From Phaeosaccion multiseriatum (taxonomy: Eukaryota > Protista > Ochrophyta, other classes), in the NCBI GenBank assembly GCA_965112735.1, contig OZ218958.1, positions 2,046,001 through 2,110,000 on the forward strand: a stretch of 64,000 bases of DNA, given 5' to 3'. The position numbers and the translations under genes were made by a program. The notes beneath the pieces are model-generated. The model made no database searches. It saw only the letters and a program-made list of their open reading frames with translations, and was not told where the DNA came from. Shown here one piece after another: positions 52,211-64,000 of this stretch (the first letter of the stretch is position 1; each line of letters opens with the position of its first letter).

Positions 52211-55200
52211 TCAGAAGGCATTGAGAAAACCTGTTGTCTTGACTGAGTTTTTCCGTACTTCGGCAATCTCCTCGGGCGAGAATCTCAGCATCTGAAAGAC
52301 GACGGGCAAGAGGCTGTCCCGTTCTTTATCTCCACAGACTACAAATCGTTTGAGGACCTAGGGTGGGGAGAAAGGGAGAGATGATGAGCCTAGTGGAGCA
52401 TGGCAGCGTAAGACATACACGCCCACACTCACATTCTTCAGGTACGTCGTCTTCTCCACGGCGTTTAGCTCTTCCCGCCTCGCGACGTCCTGGTAAATCT
52501 CCTCTATTTTCTTTTCGAGCTCCATGATGAGGTTCTCCTGCTGCTCGACAACGAGCCTCTTTTCCAGCACTTCTTCCTCGAGGTTACTGTTGAGCAGCTT
52601 GAGGCGGCCTGTCTCCTTGTCCCGCTGCCCTTGCCCGCGCGCAATTTGGAGAAGTTCCTGCTCCACCTGGCCGTGAGCCTTTCTTGATGTGATGGGCATG
52701 ACTGAGGAAGGCGCACTCCGCTCTGTGGCAGAGTTGGCCTTCAGAGCTTGTTCGAGCTGCTTGATGACTGCCTCTCTCTCGGAAATAATCTTCCGTGCCC
52801 GTTGGCCCCGGGCTTTCACCTCTTTCTGAGCATCGTCCACCTCCGATCGTGCTTCTTCAAGCTGCTGCCTGACGCTGCACAGCTCCCGCACGTGCTCCGC
52901 CACCACTTGCTCTTGCTTTGAATGCACAGTCTGGGTGTCCAACCAGCGCGAAAGCAGTTCTTCCTTGCTCATGAGCAAGGACTCGAGCTCTCTCGCCATC
53001 TTGCTGGACGACTCCTTGCTCTCCCCCTCTGTCAAAAGTCGTGCCTTGTCTTGTGCATCCAACCTTTCCTGGAGCACTGCGTGTCGGGCTTCTGAGTCCT
53101 GCAAGGACTCTGCTGTACTTTCCAACGCTGCCCGAGCTCTCGCTCGGTACTTGTTAAAGGCGTCGGCATTGTTCTTGAGCTGCTCTTGCAGGGTGGTCGC
53201 CTCCTGTGCGCGGCGATCTCTGTCCTCTTCCGTGGCGCTTAGCTTCGCTGAAATGACGGCGTGCTCGTCCGTGAGGGTCGCCAGGGCTTCCATTCTTTCT
53301 GCACACCGGGCTTCCGCTTCTTCGAGCTTTGACGCCGTTGTCTCTTTCTCAAGCACTGCATTGCTCTCCTTCTCACTTCCCACTCGTGTTTCCTCCTGCA
53401 GTCGGAAGGTCAGGGTGTCGCACTCCTTCCTTGACGCCTCGGCAGCTGCCTCTGCCTCCTTTACAATGGCCACCATCTGAGCCTTCTCATTCAGAGCGGT
53501 CGAGAGTGTCTCGCGCTCATCCTCAGCGCGGTCCTGTTCCGACTTGATTTGCGCCTCTGCTTGTGCCAGATTTAACGCCATTGCGTCCCTCTCCTTCTCC
53601 GCCGCGGCGATGGTGGCTTCCATGTCTCTCCGTATGTCGACAAGTGCCTTTGCGCACCTCTCCTCCATCTCCCTCACACTCTCCTCTGCGTGTGTAGACG
53701 TCGATGCCCTCTCCGCCAGAGCTGTATCCAGTTGGTCTTGCAGTCCACCGATAGTCTCTGCCGTGCTCGTACGCTCCAGTGCCCAGCGAGCCTCTCTCTG
53801 TTCCTGTTGCGCCTCGAGTGCTGCCAACCGCGCTCCCGCTTCCTGGAGCCTCGATGCAGTGGCATCCTTCTCTGCAACCACTCGTGCATGTACACTGGCG
53901 TGTTCCCCTTGCCTTGCCTCGGCGGAGAGCACTTGGGCCTCTGCCGCTGCCAGTTTGGATGCCAGGGCTTCTGCCTCGCCAGCCACTACTGCTCGCGAGG
54001 CCTCGTGCTTCTCCTCAAACATCCGTATCTGCTCCTCCAGCGCTGAGCTACGCGCCGCCTCCTCCTGCATTCGGATGGACAAAGCCTCGCACTCCTTTCT
54101 CGACTCCTCTAACGCCCCGTCCCTCTGCTCCACAGTCTTCTCAAGCTGCGCAGCTGCAGCTTGGTACTCGGCTTCTGCTGCAGCGCGCACCTCCTCCTGC
54201 ACCTGAGCGAGCCGCTGGTCCGCAGCCTCCTTCTCAGCATCCGCCAAGGCTTGCCGCTCTTCTTGCGCTCGTTGTGCCTCAGCCTTCAACGCCTCCAGCT
54301 CCTCCACTACCTCACCATACGACTGCTTCTGCTCAGCCAGGCTGGCCGAGAGCACCTCCCGCTCTTCCGCAGCCTGCGCCTCTGCCGCTGCCAGCTTTGA
54401 TGCCAGGGCTTCTGCCTCGCCAGCCACTGCTGCTCGTGAAGACTCGTGCTTCTCCTCAAACATCCGTGTCTGCTCCTTCAGCGCTGAGCTACGCGCCGCC
54501 TCCTCCTGCATTCGGATGGACAAAGCCTCGCACTCCTTTCTCGACTCCTCTAACGCCCCGTCCCTCTGCTCCACAGTCTTCTCAAGCTGCGCAGCTGCAG
54601 CTTGGTACTCGGCTTCTGCTGCAGCGCGCACCTCCTCCTGCACCTGAGCGAGCCGCTGGTCCGCAGCCTCCTTCTCGGCATCCGCCAAGGCTTGCCGCTC
54701 TTCTTGCGCTCGTTGTGCCTCAGCCTTCAACGCCTCCAGCTCCTCCACTACCTCACCATACGACTGCTTCTGCTCAGCCAGGCTGGCCGAGAGCACCTCC
54801 CGCTCTTCCGCAGCCTGCGCCTCTGCCGCTGCCAGTTTGGATGCCAGGGCTTCTGCCTCGCCAGCCACTACTGCTCGCGAAGACTCGTGCTTCTCCTCAA
54901 ACATCCGTATCTGCTCCTCCAGCGCTGAGCTACGCGCCGCCTCCTCCTGCATTCGGATGGACAAAGCCTCGCACTCCTTTCTCGACTCCTCTAACGTCCC
55001 CTCCCTCTGCTCCACAGTCTTCTCAAGCTGCGCAGCTGCAGCTTGGTACTCGGCTTCTGCTGCAGCGCGCACCTCCTCCTGCACCTGAGCGAGCCGCTGG
55101 TCCGCAGCCTCCTTCTCAGCATCCGCCAAGGCTTGCCGCTCTTCTTGCGCTCGTTGTGCCTCAGCCTTCAACGCCTCCAGCTCCTCCACTACCTCACCAT

Positions 55201-56695
55201 ACGACTGCTTCTGCTCAGCCAGGCTGGCCGAGAGCACCTCCCGCTCTTCCGCAGCCTGCGCCTCTGCCGCTGCCAGTTTGGATGCCAGGGCTTCTGCCTC
55301 GCCAGCCACTACTGCTCGCGAAGACTCGTGCTTCTCCTCAAACATCCGTATCTGCTCCTCCAGCGCTGAGCTACGCGCCACCTCCTCCTGCATTCGGATG
55401 GACAAAGCCTCGCACTCCTTTCTCGACTCCTCTAACGTCCCCTCCCTCTGCTCCACAGTCTTCTCAAGCTGCGCAGCTGCAGCTTGGTACTCGGCTTCTG
55501 CTGCAGCGCGCACCTCCTCCTGCACCTGAGCGAGCCGCTGGTCCGCAGCCTCCTTCTCGGCATCCGCCAAGGCTTGCCGCTCTTCTTGCGCTCGTTGTGC
55601 CTCAGCCTTCAACGCCTCCAGCTCCTCCACTACCTCACCATACGACTGCTTCTGCTCAGCCAGGCTGGCCGAGAGCACCTCCCGCTCTTCCGCAGCCTGC
55701 GCCTCTGCCGCTGCCAGCTTGGATGCCAGGGCTTCTGCCTCGCCAGCCACTACTGCTCGCGAAGACTCGTGCTTCTCCTCAAACATCCGTATCTGCTCCT
55801 CCAGCGCTGAGCTACGCGCCGCCTCCTCCTGCATTCGGATGGACAAAGCCTCGCACTCCTTTCTCGACTCCTCTATGGCGATCCCCAACCTTTGCTCTAG
55901 AGTCTTCTCAAGCTGCGCAGCTGCAGCTTGGTACTCGGCTTCTGCAGCAGCACGCATCTCCTCTTGCACTAGTGCGAGTCGCTGGTCAGCAGCATCTTTC
56001 TCGGCCCTGTTGTCCTCCAATCTCCTCTGCAGCGCACCTATATCATCCTCTCCGCTTACATTCTTCTCCATAGTCTTCGCTAGGGTATCCGCCAAGACTT
56101 CTCGTTCTTCTTGCAATCGTTTTGCCTGAGCCTCCGTCGCAACCGCTTTCTGCTTCCATACATCCCGCTCCTCCACTACAGCACTATACTCCTGTCTCTG
56201 CGCAGCCAGGCTGGCTGAGAGTGCTTCCCGCTCATCCGCGGCCTGCGCCTCTGATGCTGCTAGTCTAGAGGCCAGTGCATCTGTCTCGCCCGCCCCTGCT
56301 GCTGCTCCAGTGGCGTCCGCCAGCTTCGAAATGGCTTCATCTCGCTCATTCTCAGCACACTTCAGCCGAGCAGCCAATTCCTCCCTCTCTTTGACTCCCT
56401 CCTCCACAGAGCTCGTCGGGTCTGGTTGCTTCCCGGCTTGCTCCTGCAACGTACGACAATGCGCCACTGACGGCCATGATTGACAGCAAGAGGAAGGACA
56501 TGAGGGAGAAATTGGTAAGCGTGGGTGGCGCAGCAGCAGCAGAAGCTTCTTCGTGTACTTACGCAGCTTCTGCATCTTCGTCCGCAGTTCCGCATTCTGT
56601 GCATCCTTTTCAGTGATTGCGGTCTGCTGTCCCTTGTACTTGCCAAGCAGGAGCTTAAACTTACTCAACAAGACCTCTTTTTCCTCCTCCTCCAT
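52211..56695 (-). CDS. GRIP-domain golgin (long coiled coil)
   Basis: About 1400 aa of coiled coil. The spliced C-terminus is TYLKN|VLKRF...LLPVVFQMLRFSPEE. Confidence 0.88.
53937..55950. repeat. Coding tandem repeat, 441-bp (147-aa) unit, about 4.6 near-identical copies
   Basis: Unit starts at 53937, 54378, 54819, 55260 and 55701. Confidence 0.97.
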
Positions 56696-56867
56696 TTTGT
56701 TGAACGCTGAGAAGGTGTCAAACCCCCAGCTGGTACGACAAGTTTAGGGGGGGAAGATGGGGGAGGAGATGGTACGGGGTCAGGCGCGTCATCGCAGAGG
56801 AGCAGCGGGGCCAGCATTACACAGCAACACCCCCCCAGTCTCCCCACAGCATAAGCACCACAGCAGG

Positions 56868-56934
56868 GAGAGAGACAGAGACACAGACAGACAGATTGAC
56901 AGACAGAGATAGAGAGAGAGAGACACACACACAC

Positions 56935-57017
<83 letters not shown>

Positions 57018-57024
57018 GAGAGAG
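56868..57024. repeat. (GA)n-rich microsatellite
   Basis: Directly visible. Confidence 0.95.
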
Positions 57025-57238
57025 ACTACGTGGCGGCGACGATCAGCAACCTCGTAGGAGAATTAGATGTACCAAGGAGAGTTGTGGGGCATACCTGGGT
57101 CTGACGCGGGGGTTGTACCCTCCCAGTTGGGGAACAAAATGAAATCGAAAAGTCAACGAAAAAAGTCACCCCGGCGTGCCCCCGTTTTTGCCGGGCCCGG
57201 CTCACACTCTTTTTCCCCTTCTCTTTTTGCTGTGTGTC

Positions 57239-57937
57239 ATGAGCGCGCACTATGACTCAGGAGAGAGCGAGCCCTGGAGGACCCTGCGAGAAGTAGAGGT
57301 TGCATACGTGTTTGGTAAGTGGAAGCGATGCTTTCCCAACTTGAAATGTGAGCCTCACTGTAACGTCTGTCCTTGGTGTAGACCCTACGTTGGGCGTGGA
57401 AGATGGAGACTCGGATAGCTGTCCACCAACGCCCCCTCCCACGTACTATCTTCGGGTGCAGCTCCCGAGTGAGCAGGAATGGGCTTGGCGATACGTGAAC
57501 GTGGAAAAGAAGATGTTGATAACTTGGGACCGGCGGGGCGGAAATCGGGTTGGCAGCGTGCTTTTGAAGGATATTTCCCTGCTGAAGCTTGGAGCAGGCG
57601 TTGACTGCGTGGGAAATGTCCTCGAGGTCGTTAGCGGGAAGAAGACTTGCTTGAAGCTGCAGGCACGATCGAATCGTGAGACGCGTCTTTGGGCCTCCGT
57701 AATGCTCGAAAACATTGAGCACGTGGCAGGGGTGGGAGCTGCAGCTCTTGAGGATGAAACTCTAAAGGAGGACGAAAGTGGCGACTGTGCAAAGGTAGGA
57801 AGGGACAAGCAAGAGCCGGGTTCGGCTTCCATGTGTCCCTGAACTAACGTTGCCTTCTCGTTCCGCTTACCCACCCAAAGTTGGCGGAGCTGCTGACCAA
57901 CCAGCTCTCTCGGCTGGTCGAGAACTCGCCCTCATGA
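57239..57937 (+). CDS. Small PH-domain-like protein, 3 exons
   Basis: EWAWRYV, VGSVLL, LEVVS...LKLQARS..ETRLWASV. GT-AG introns join in frame. Confidence 0.65.
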
Positions 57938-58410
57938 GGTCGAATCTGTCCATCACCCGGCAACGGAGCTCGATAACCAAGGGACTCTCGCGAGTGATGA
58001 GACACGAGCTGCATGGAACGGAGGAGCCCGCCCTCCATAGAGAGAAGCACCGGCGAGCAGCTGCTTTTACCTTGCTGGTTGGGGGGTATGCCTGACGCTC
58101 TCGGTGCCATCAAAGCATCGAACATGGGGAGACAGTATGGGCCTTGACGCAGCGTTCAAGGCTCAGCTGTGTGATGGTGAGAGCGCTCGTGGTCTCTCTC
58201 CGTCTCTCACCGGGACCTCGTCACCATGCACGAATCGGGCCGATCGGACACATGCACGGAGAAAAGGCCCCATTTGTCAGGTCCTATGTAGAGTTGTCGA
58301 GCACAGCCGTTGTATGTAGTGTCTGTCGCTGCCCGGGCTGGCCTGACCGCAGAGTCAGAGACCGATTCGACGTCACACATGAAGGGGCGATGGGTGGAGT
58401 GAGGGAATGC

Positions 58411-59779
58411 TTATCGCCGAACCTGTAACGAGGAAGTAGTACCTGCGACCGTAGAAAAGGGGCGGCGCCTCACTCTCTCCCTAAATATTTTTGAGGTAAG
58501 GGATGTAAGTACGATAGCTAAAATCCAAATCGGAAGTCCAGTAAACGGAAGCAAGGAAAAAGAAGTCTGCGCCGGGCATTGCCTCAGCACAACTGCCGTA
58601 ACGGCTTGTTCAGCAGCGCAGCGACGGACCGCAGCTCCGGGTGGATGTGGCTCTCCATGGTTACTGGAGACGTGCTCCGCTCGATCTGATGGGAGGAAGG
58701 GCGCCATGTTGTGGGGCCCTCACCTGTTTGGGTTGATGGCTTTTTCTAAAGCGTGTGAGCGAGTTTGCTCCCAACAATGTGATGGGGAGAGTGGATGGAC
58801 GGTATATTCTAACTCTCCCTGAGGTCACGTTCACAAATACAGCCGGAGAGGGGGCATTTATTGACTTGGTGATAGGCATCACCTAAGAAACCTTATCTTA
58901 AAGTGTGATGATTGTGACTCGGGGAGGGCAACTCTCGAAGCTGTCGATACGGTTGCTTCGCGTCACTTTGGCATTCACGGGCAGCAAGACGGACACCATT
59001 CGGAACACGAGAGGACAGGCGCCCTTGTTCTCTGCCCGGTGCTGGCTGCGATAGAGGCCCTCCATTGCCGTTTCGTGGGAGAGCGGGAGCGGGAGCGAGA
59101 GGTTGGGGAGGGGAGCAACCTGAGGCAGAGCGGAGAAGTCTATCACTTCTTAGCAGGTCAGCAGGGCCCTCAAAGCTAGGGTGCGGCAAGGGTTGGGGGG
59201 GACCCTGCCCAGCTCAGCACCCACTCCCTGCCTATACGGAGTGCGGCGGTGCTACAGTTCTTGTCGCCAGTGCGTGGAGGGGGAGCCCTTCCACTTGGTC
59301 GCTCACAGTTGGCGACGCGCCGAATGTGGAGGCAGTTCTGCGCCAACGGGGAGACAACGCTGCTTCAGCAGCGAAGCCACGGAAGTTCTGTTCCCGCAGA
59401 GTGGAGTCGACGGATAAACAGGGTATTGAGAGCCGAGGGGTAGGGTGTGGAGCGTGGGCGCGTGTGTGGACCCCGAGGGGGGATTTAGGTTAGAAATATA
59501 TTGGCAGCAGCAGCAGATGGAAAAGAGTGTTCTGGGCTGCTCGAGCTCAGAAGAGGAGGAGCCCTGCTGTACTCGCCGCCCTACCGTGATTGAAGGAGAT
59601 CGAGAGCAGGTACGCGGGGGGGTGTGCAAGCAGAGAGTAGAGACTGTGGTGTAGGAAAGCAAGGATCGCAGTAGGGCCCGACTGCTTATTCCCTTGTGAG
59701 GGTGAAGATGCTGTGTGCTTACTTGTGTCATGCTAACAGTTGCAAACGCAAGAAGTGTCCCCAATGCGAACAGTTGCAA
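58411..59779 (-). CDS. Possible spliced secreted or membrane protein, or a pseudogene (unresolved)
   Basis: Signal-peptide-like LFALGTLLAFATVS followed by a GTAAG donor, several minus-strand ORF pieces and a C-terminal hydrophobic stretch. No in-frame ATG and no recognisable domain. Confidence 0.25.
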
Positions 59780-60179
59780 GGGCTTGCGCTACGCACACGC
59801 ATCTAGTAGAAGTTTGAGAACCTGGGCATAATTATGTGTGTGAAGATGGTCCGCACGTCTAGCTAGCCCAAGGTTTTTTCTTTTCCACCCCAACCATACA
59901 CTATACACTATACACTATATAGATTAGTTTTAGAAGTTAAGTGTTAGATACTCGGTAGCTAAGGCGGGGGGTTCCTCTGAACCGCTGCCCCCAAAGGCCC
60001 GTGCTCGCCCCCGTCAGGGGAGCGACACCCCGGGGACACTGTGTGCCTCGAGGTGAGTCCCCCACAGGACTGCACTCTTAATGAGAAGTTTATCCCCCAG
60101 CATTGGCGTCGACTGAATGAGGAGGAGCGAGGCCTCTCAATGGGTACCCAGTTTGGATGAAGCGCAACGACTGCGCGAA

Positions 60180-63100
60180 CTGGTTGGGCCCAAAGCAAGC
60201 ATTTGCGGGGCACAAACAGGCCAAATGACGGGTTGGCGTGTCATACCAGGCGCGGGCAGAGCATTGGATCAGCACGACTGGCCTAACCGAAACACTGCAT
60301 CGCCACAACAGCGCCCAGTGGGGACTCGAATGGGCTCAAAAGGCCCAATCTGGCTCCTGGTTGGGGCCAAAGCAAGCATTTGCGGGGCACAAACAGGCCA
60401 AATGACGGGTTGGCGTGTCATACCATGCGCGCGCAGAGCATTGGATCAGCACGACTGGCCTAACCGACACACTGCATCGCCACAACAGTGCCCAATGGGG
60501 ACTCGAATGGGCTCAAAAGGCCCAATCTGGCCCCTGGTTGGGCCCAAAGCAAGCATTTGCGGGGCACAAACCGACAGGCCAAATGACGGGTTGGCGTGTC
60601 ATACCATAGCCGCACAGAGCATTGGATCAGCACGACTGGCCTATCCGACACACTGCATCGCCACAACAGCGCCCAGTGGGGACTCGAATGGGCTCAAAAG
60701 GCCCAATCTGGCCCCAGGTTGGGCCCGAAGCAAGCATTTGCGGGGCACAAACAGGCCAAATGACGGGTTGGCGTGTCATACCATGCGCGCGCAGAGCATT
60801 GGATCAGCATGACTGGCCTCACCGACACACTGCATCGCCACAACAGTGCCCAATGGGGCGTTCAATGGGCTCAAAAGGCCCAATCCGGCCCCAGGTTAGG
60901 CCCAAAGCAAGCATTTGCGGGGCACAAACAGGCCAAATGACGGGTTGGCGTGTCATACCATGCGCGCGCAGAGCATTGGATCAGCACGACTGGCCTCACC
61001 GACACACTGCATTGCCACAACAGTGCCCAGTGGGGACTCGAATGGGCTCAAAAGGCCCAATCTGGCCCCTGGTTGGGCCCGAAGCAAGCATTTGCGGGGC
61101 ACAAACAGGCCAAATGACGGGTTGGCGTGTCATACCATGCGCGCGCAGAGCATTGGATCAGCACGACTGGCCTATCCGACACACTGCATGGCCACAACAG
61201 CGCCCAGTGGGGACTCGAATGGGCTCAAAAGGCCCAATCTGGCCCCTGGTTGGGCCCAAAGCAAGCATTTGCGGGGCACAAACAGGCCAAATGACGGGTT
61301 GGCGTGTCATACCATGCGCGCGCAGAGCATTGGATCAGCACGACTGGCCTCACCGACACACTGCATCGCCACAACAGCGCCCAGTGGGGACTCGAATGGG
61401 CTCAAAAGGCCCAATCCGGCCCCAGGTTGGGCCCAAAGCAAGCATTTGCGTGGCACAAACAGGCCAAATGACGGGTTGGCGTGTCATACCATGCGCGCGC
61501 AGAGCATTGGATCAGCACGACTGGCCTCACCGACACACTGCATCGCCACAACAGCGCCCAGTGGGGACTCGAATGGGCTCAAAAGGCCCAATCCGGCCCC
61601 AGGTTGGGCCCAAAGCAAGCATTTGCGTGGCACAAACAGGCCAAATGACGGGTTGGCGTGTCATACCATGCGCGCGCAGAGCATTGGATCAGCACGACTG
61701 GCCTCACCGACACACTGCATCGCCACAACAGTGCCCAGTGGGGACTCGAATGGGCTCAAAAGGCCCAATCTGGCTCCTGGTTGGGCCCAAAGCAAGCATT
61801 TGCGGGGCACAAACAGGCCAAATGACGGGTTGGCGTGTCATACCATGCGCGCGCAGAGCATTTGATCAGCACGACTGGCCTCACCGACACACTGCATCGC
61901 CACAACAGCGCCCAGTGGGGACTCGAATGGGCTCAAAAGGCCCAATCTGGCCCCTGGTTGGGCCCAAAGCAAGCATTTGCGGGGCACAAACAGGCCAAAT
62001 GACGGGTTGGCGTGTCATACCATGCGCGCGCAGAGCATTGGATCAGCACGACTGGCCTCACCGACACACTGCATCGCCACAACAGTGCCCAGTGGGGACT
62101 CGAATGGGCTCAAAAGGCCCAATCTGGCTCCTGGTTGGGCCCAAAGCAAGCATTTGCGGGGCACAAACAGGCCAAATGACGGGTTGGCGTGTCATACCAT
62201 AGCCGCACAGAGCATTGGATCAGCACGACTGGCCAATCCGACGCACTGCATGGCCACAACAGCGCCCAGTGGGGACTCGAATGGGCTCAAAAGGCCCAAT
62301 CCGGCCCCAGGTTGGGCCCAAAGGAAGCATTTGCGGGGCACAAACAGGCCAAATGACGGGTTGGCGTGTCATACCATGCGCGCGCAGAGCATTGGATCAG
62401 CACGACTGGCCTCACCGACACACTGCATCGCCACAACAGTGCCCAGTGGGGACTCGAATGGGCTCAAAAGGCCCAATCTGGCCCCTGATTAGGCCCAAAG
62501 CAAGCATTTGCGGGGCACAAACAGGCCAAATGACGGGTTGGCGTGTCATAACATGCGCGCGCAGAGCATTGGATCAGCACGACTGGCCTATCTGACACAC
62601 CGCATCGCCACAACAGTGCCCAGTGGGGACTCGAATGGGCTCAAAAGGCCCAATCTGGCCCAAGGTTGGGCCCGAAGCAAGCATTTGCGGGGCACAAACA
62701 GGCCAAATGACGGGTTGGCGTGTCATACCATGCGCGCGCAGAGCATTGGATCAGCACGACTGGCCTCACCGACACACTGCATCGCCACAACAGCGCCCAG
62801 TGGGGACTCGAATGGGCTCAAAAGGCCCAATCTGGCCCCTGATTAGGCCCAAAGCAAGCATTTGCGGGGCACAAACAGGCCAAATGACGGGTTGGCGTGT
62901 CATAACATGCGCGCGCAGAGCATTGGATCAGCACGACTGGCCTCACCGACACACTGCATCGCCACAACAGTGCCCAGTGGGGACTCGAATGGGCTCAAAA
63001 GGCCCAATCTGGCTCCTGGTTGGGCCCAAAGCAAGCATTTGCGGGGCACAAACAGGCCAAATGACGGGTTGGCGTGTCATACCATGCGCGCGCAGAGCAT

Positions 63101-64000
63101 TGGATCAGCACGACTGGCCTCACCGACACACTGCATCGCCACAACAGCGCCCAGTGGGGACTCGAATGGGCTCAAAAGGCCCAATCTGGCCCCTGATTAG
63201 GCCCAAAGCAAGCATTTGCGGGGCACAAACAGGCCAAATGACGGGTTGGCGTGTCATACCATGCGCGCGCAGAGCATTGGATCAGCACGACTGGCCTCAC
63301 CGACACACTGCATCGCCACAACAGCGCCCAGTGGGGACTCGAATGGGCTCAAAAGGCCCAATCTGGCCCCTGGTTGGGCCCAAAGCAAGCATTTGCGGGG
63401 CACAAACAGGCCAAATGACGGGTTGGCGTGTCATACCATGCGCCCGCAGAGCATTAGATCAGCACGACTGGCCTCACCGACACACTGCATGGCCACAACA
63501 GCGCCCAGTGGGGACTCGAATGGGCTCAAAAGGCCCAATCTGGCCCCAGGTTGGGCCCAAAGCAAGCATTTATTGAGGGGCACAAACAGGCCAAATGACG
63601 GGTTGGCGTGTCATACCATGCGCGCGCAGAGCATTGGATCAGCACGACTGGCCTCACCGACACACTGCATCGCCACAACAGCGCCCAGTGGGGACTCGAA
63701 TGGGCTCAAAAAACCCAATCTGGCCCCTGGTTGGGCCCAAAGCAAGCATTTGCGGGGCACAAACAGGCCAAATGACGGGTTGGCGTGTCATACCATGCGC
63801 CCGCAGAGCATTGGATCAGCACGACTGGCCTCACCGACACACTGCATGGCCACAACAGCGCCCAGTGGGGACTCGAATGGGCTCAAAAGGCCCAATCCGG
63901 CCCCAGGTTGGGCCCAAAGCAAGCATTTATTGAGGGGCACAAACAGGCCAAATGACGGGTTGGCGTGTCATACCATGCGCGCGCAGAGCATTGGATCAGC
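60180..64000. repeat. 177-bp tandem satellite, about 21.6 copies, running off the window end
   Basis: Period 177 (60180 to 60357). Copies differ only by scattered SNPs and a few small indels. Confidence 0.98.

Noticed and set aside
60110-60145. Hammerhead-like CTGAATGA plus a stem
   Set aside because: The core has an extra base and lacks GAAA and the other stems.
60117-63933. Long repetitive ORFs (59-aa unit) and a CRISPR-like appearance
   Set aside because: The ORFs arise because 177 is divisible by 3, and indels and stops break them freely. There are no unique spacers and no cas genes.

Overview
Gene-dense, intron-rich, GC-rich eukaryotic nuclear DNA, most likely from a photosynthetic stramenopile (ochrophyte). 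This is inferred from bipartite plastid presequences, a bZIP-PAS factor and a stramenopile-type P1 tail. The window has three zones. (1) Bases 1-4.85 kb are a nested cluster of non-autonomous transposons, several with intact target-site duplications (TSDs). (2) Bases 4.9-59.8 kb hold about 22 genes, mostly spliced: ABCB6/HMT1-like, Siw14/OCA phosphatase, prolidase, RPS15, PsbQ-like, HMG-box, S6K-like kinase, TTI1, METTL21-type methyltransferase, TIM23, proteasome alpha7, an actin-related protein, a divergent TBP, bZIP-PAS, an MKP1-like phosphatase, PQBP1, RPLP1, a GRIP golgin, a PH protein and unknowns. (3) Bases 60.18-64 kb are a 177-bp satellite array. The strongest novelty candidate is a DNA-transposon family with TCG(A/G)CCCCTGAC terminal inverted repeats (TIRs) and 6-bp TSDs. 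Its copies range from 60 bp to 2 kb, the longest carries a PHD-finger pseudogene, and they sit in 4 of the 5 clear tail-to-head gene spacers; the fifth spacer holds a different MITE. Other candidates are tandem 6-nt and 3-nt microexons in RPLP1, an intronless and asymmetrically degenerate TBP paralogue, and a 409-bp foldback at a transcription-factor 3' end. All gene models were read by eye and no searches were run.
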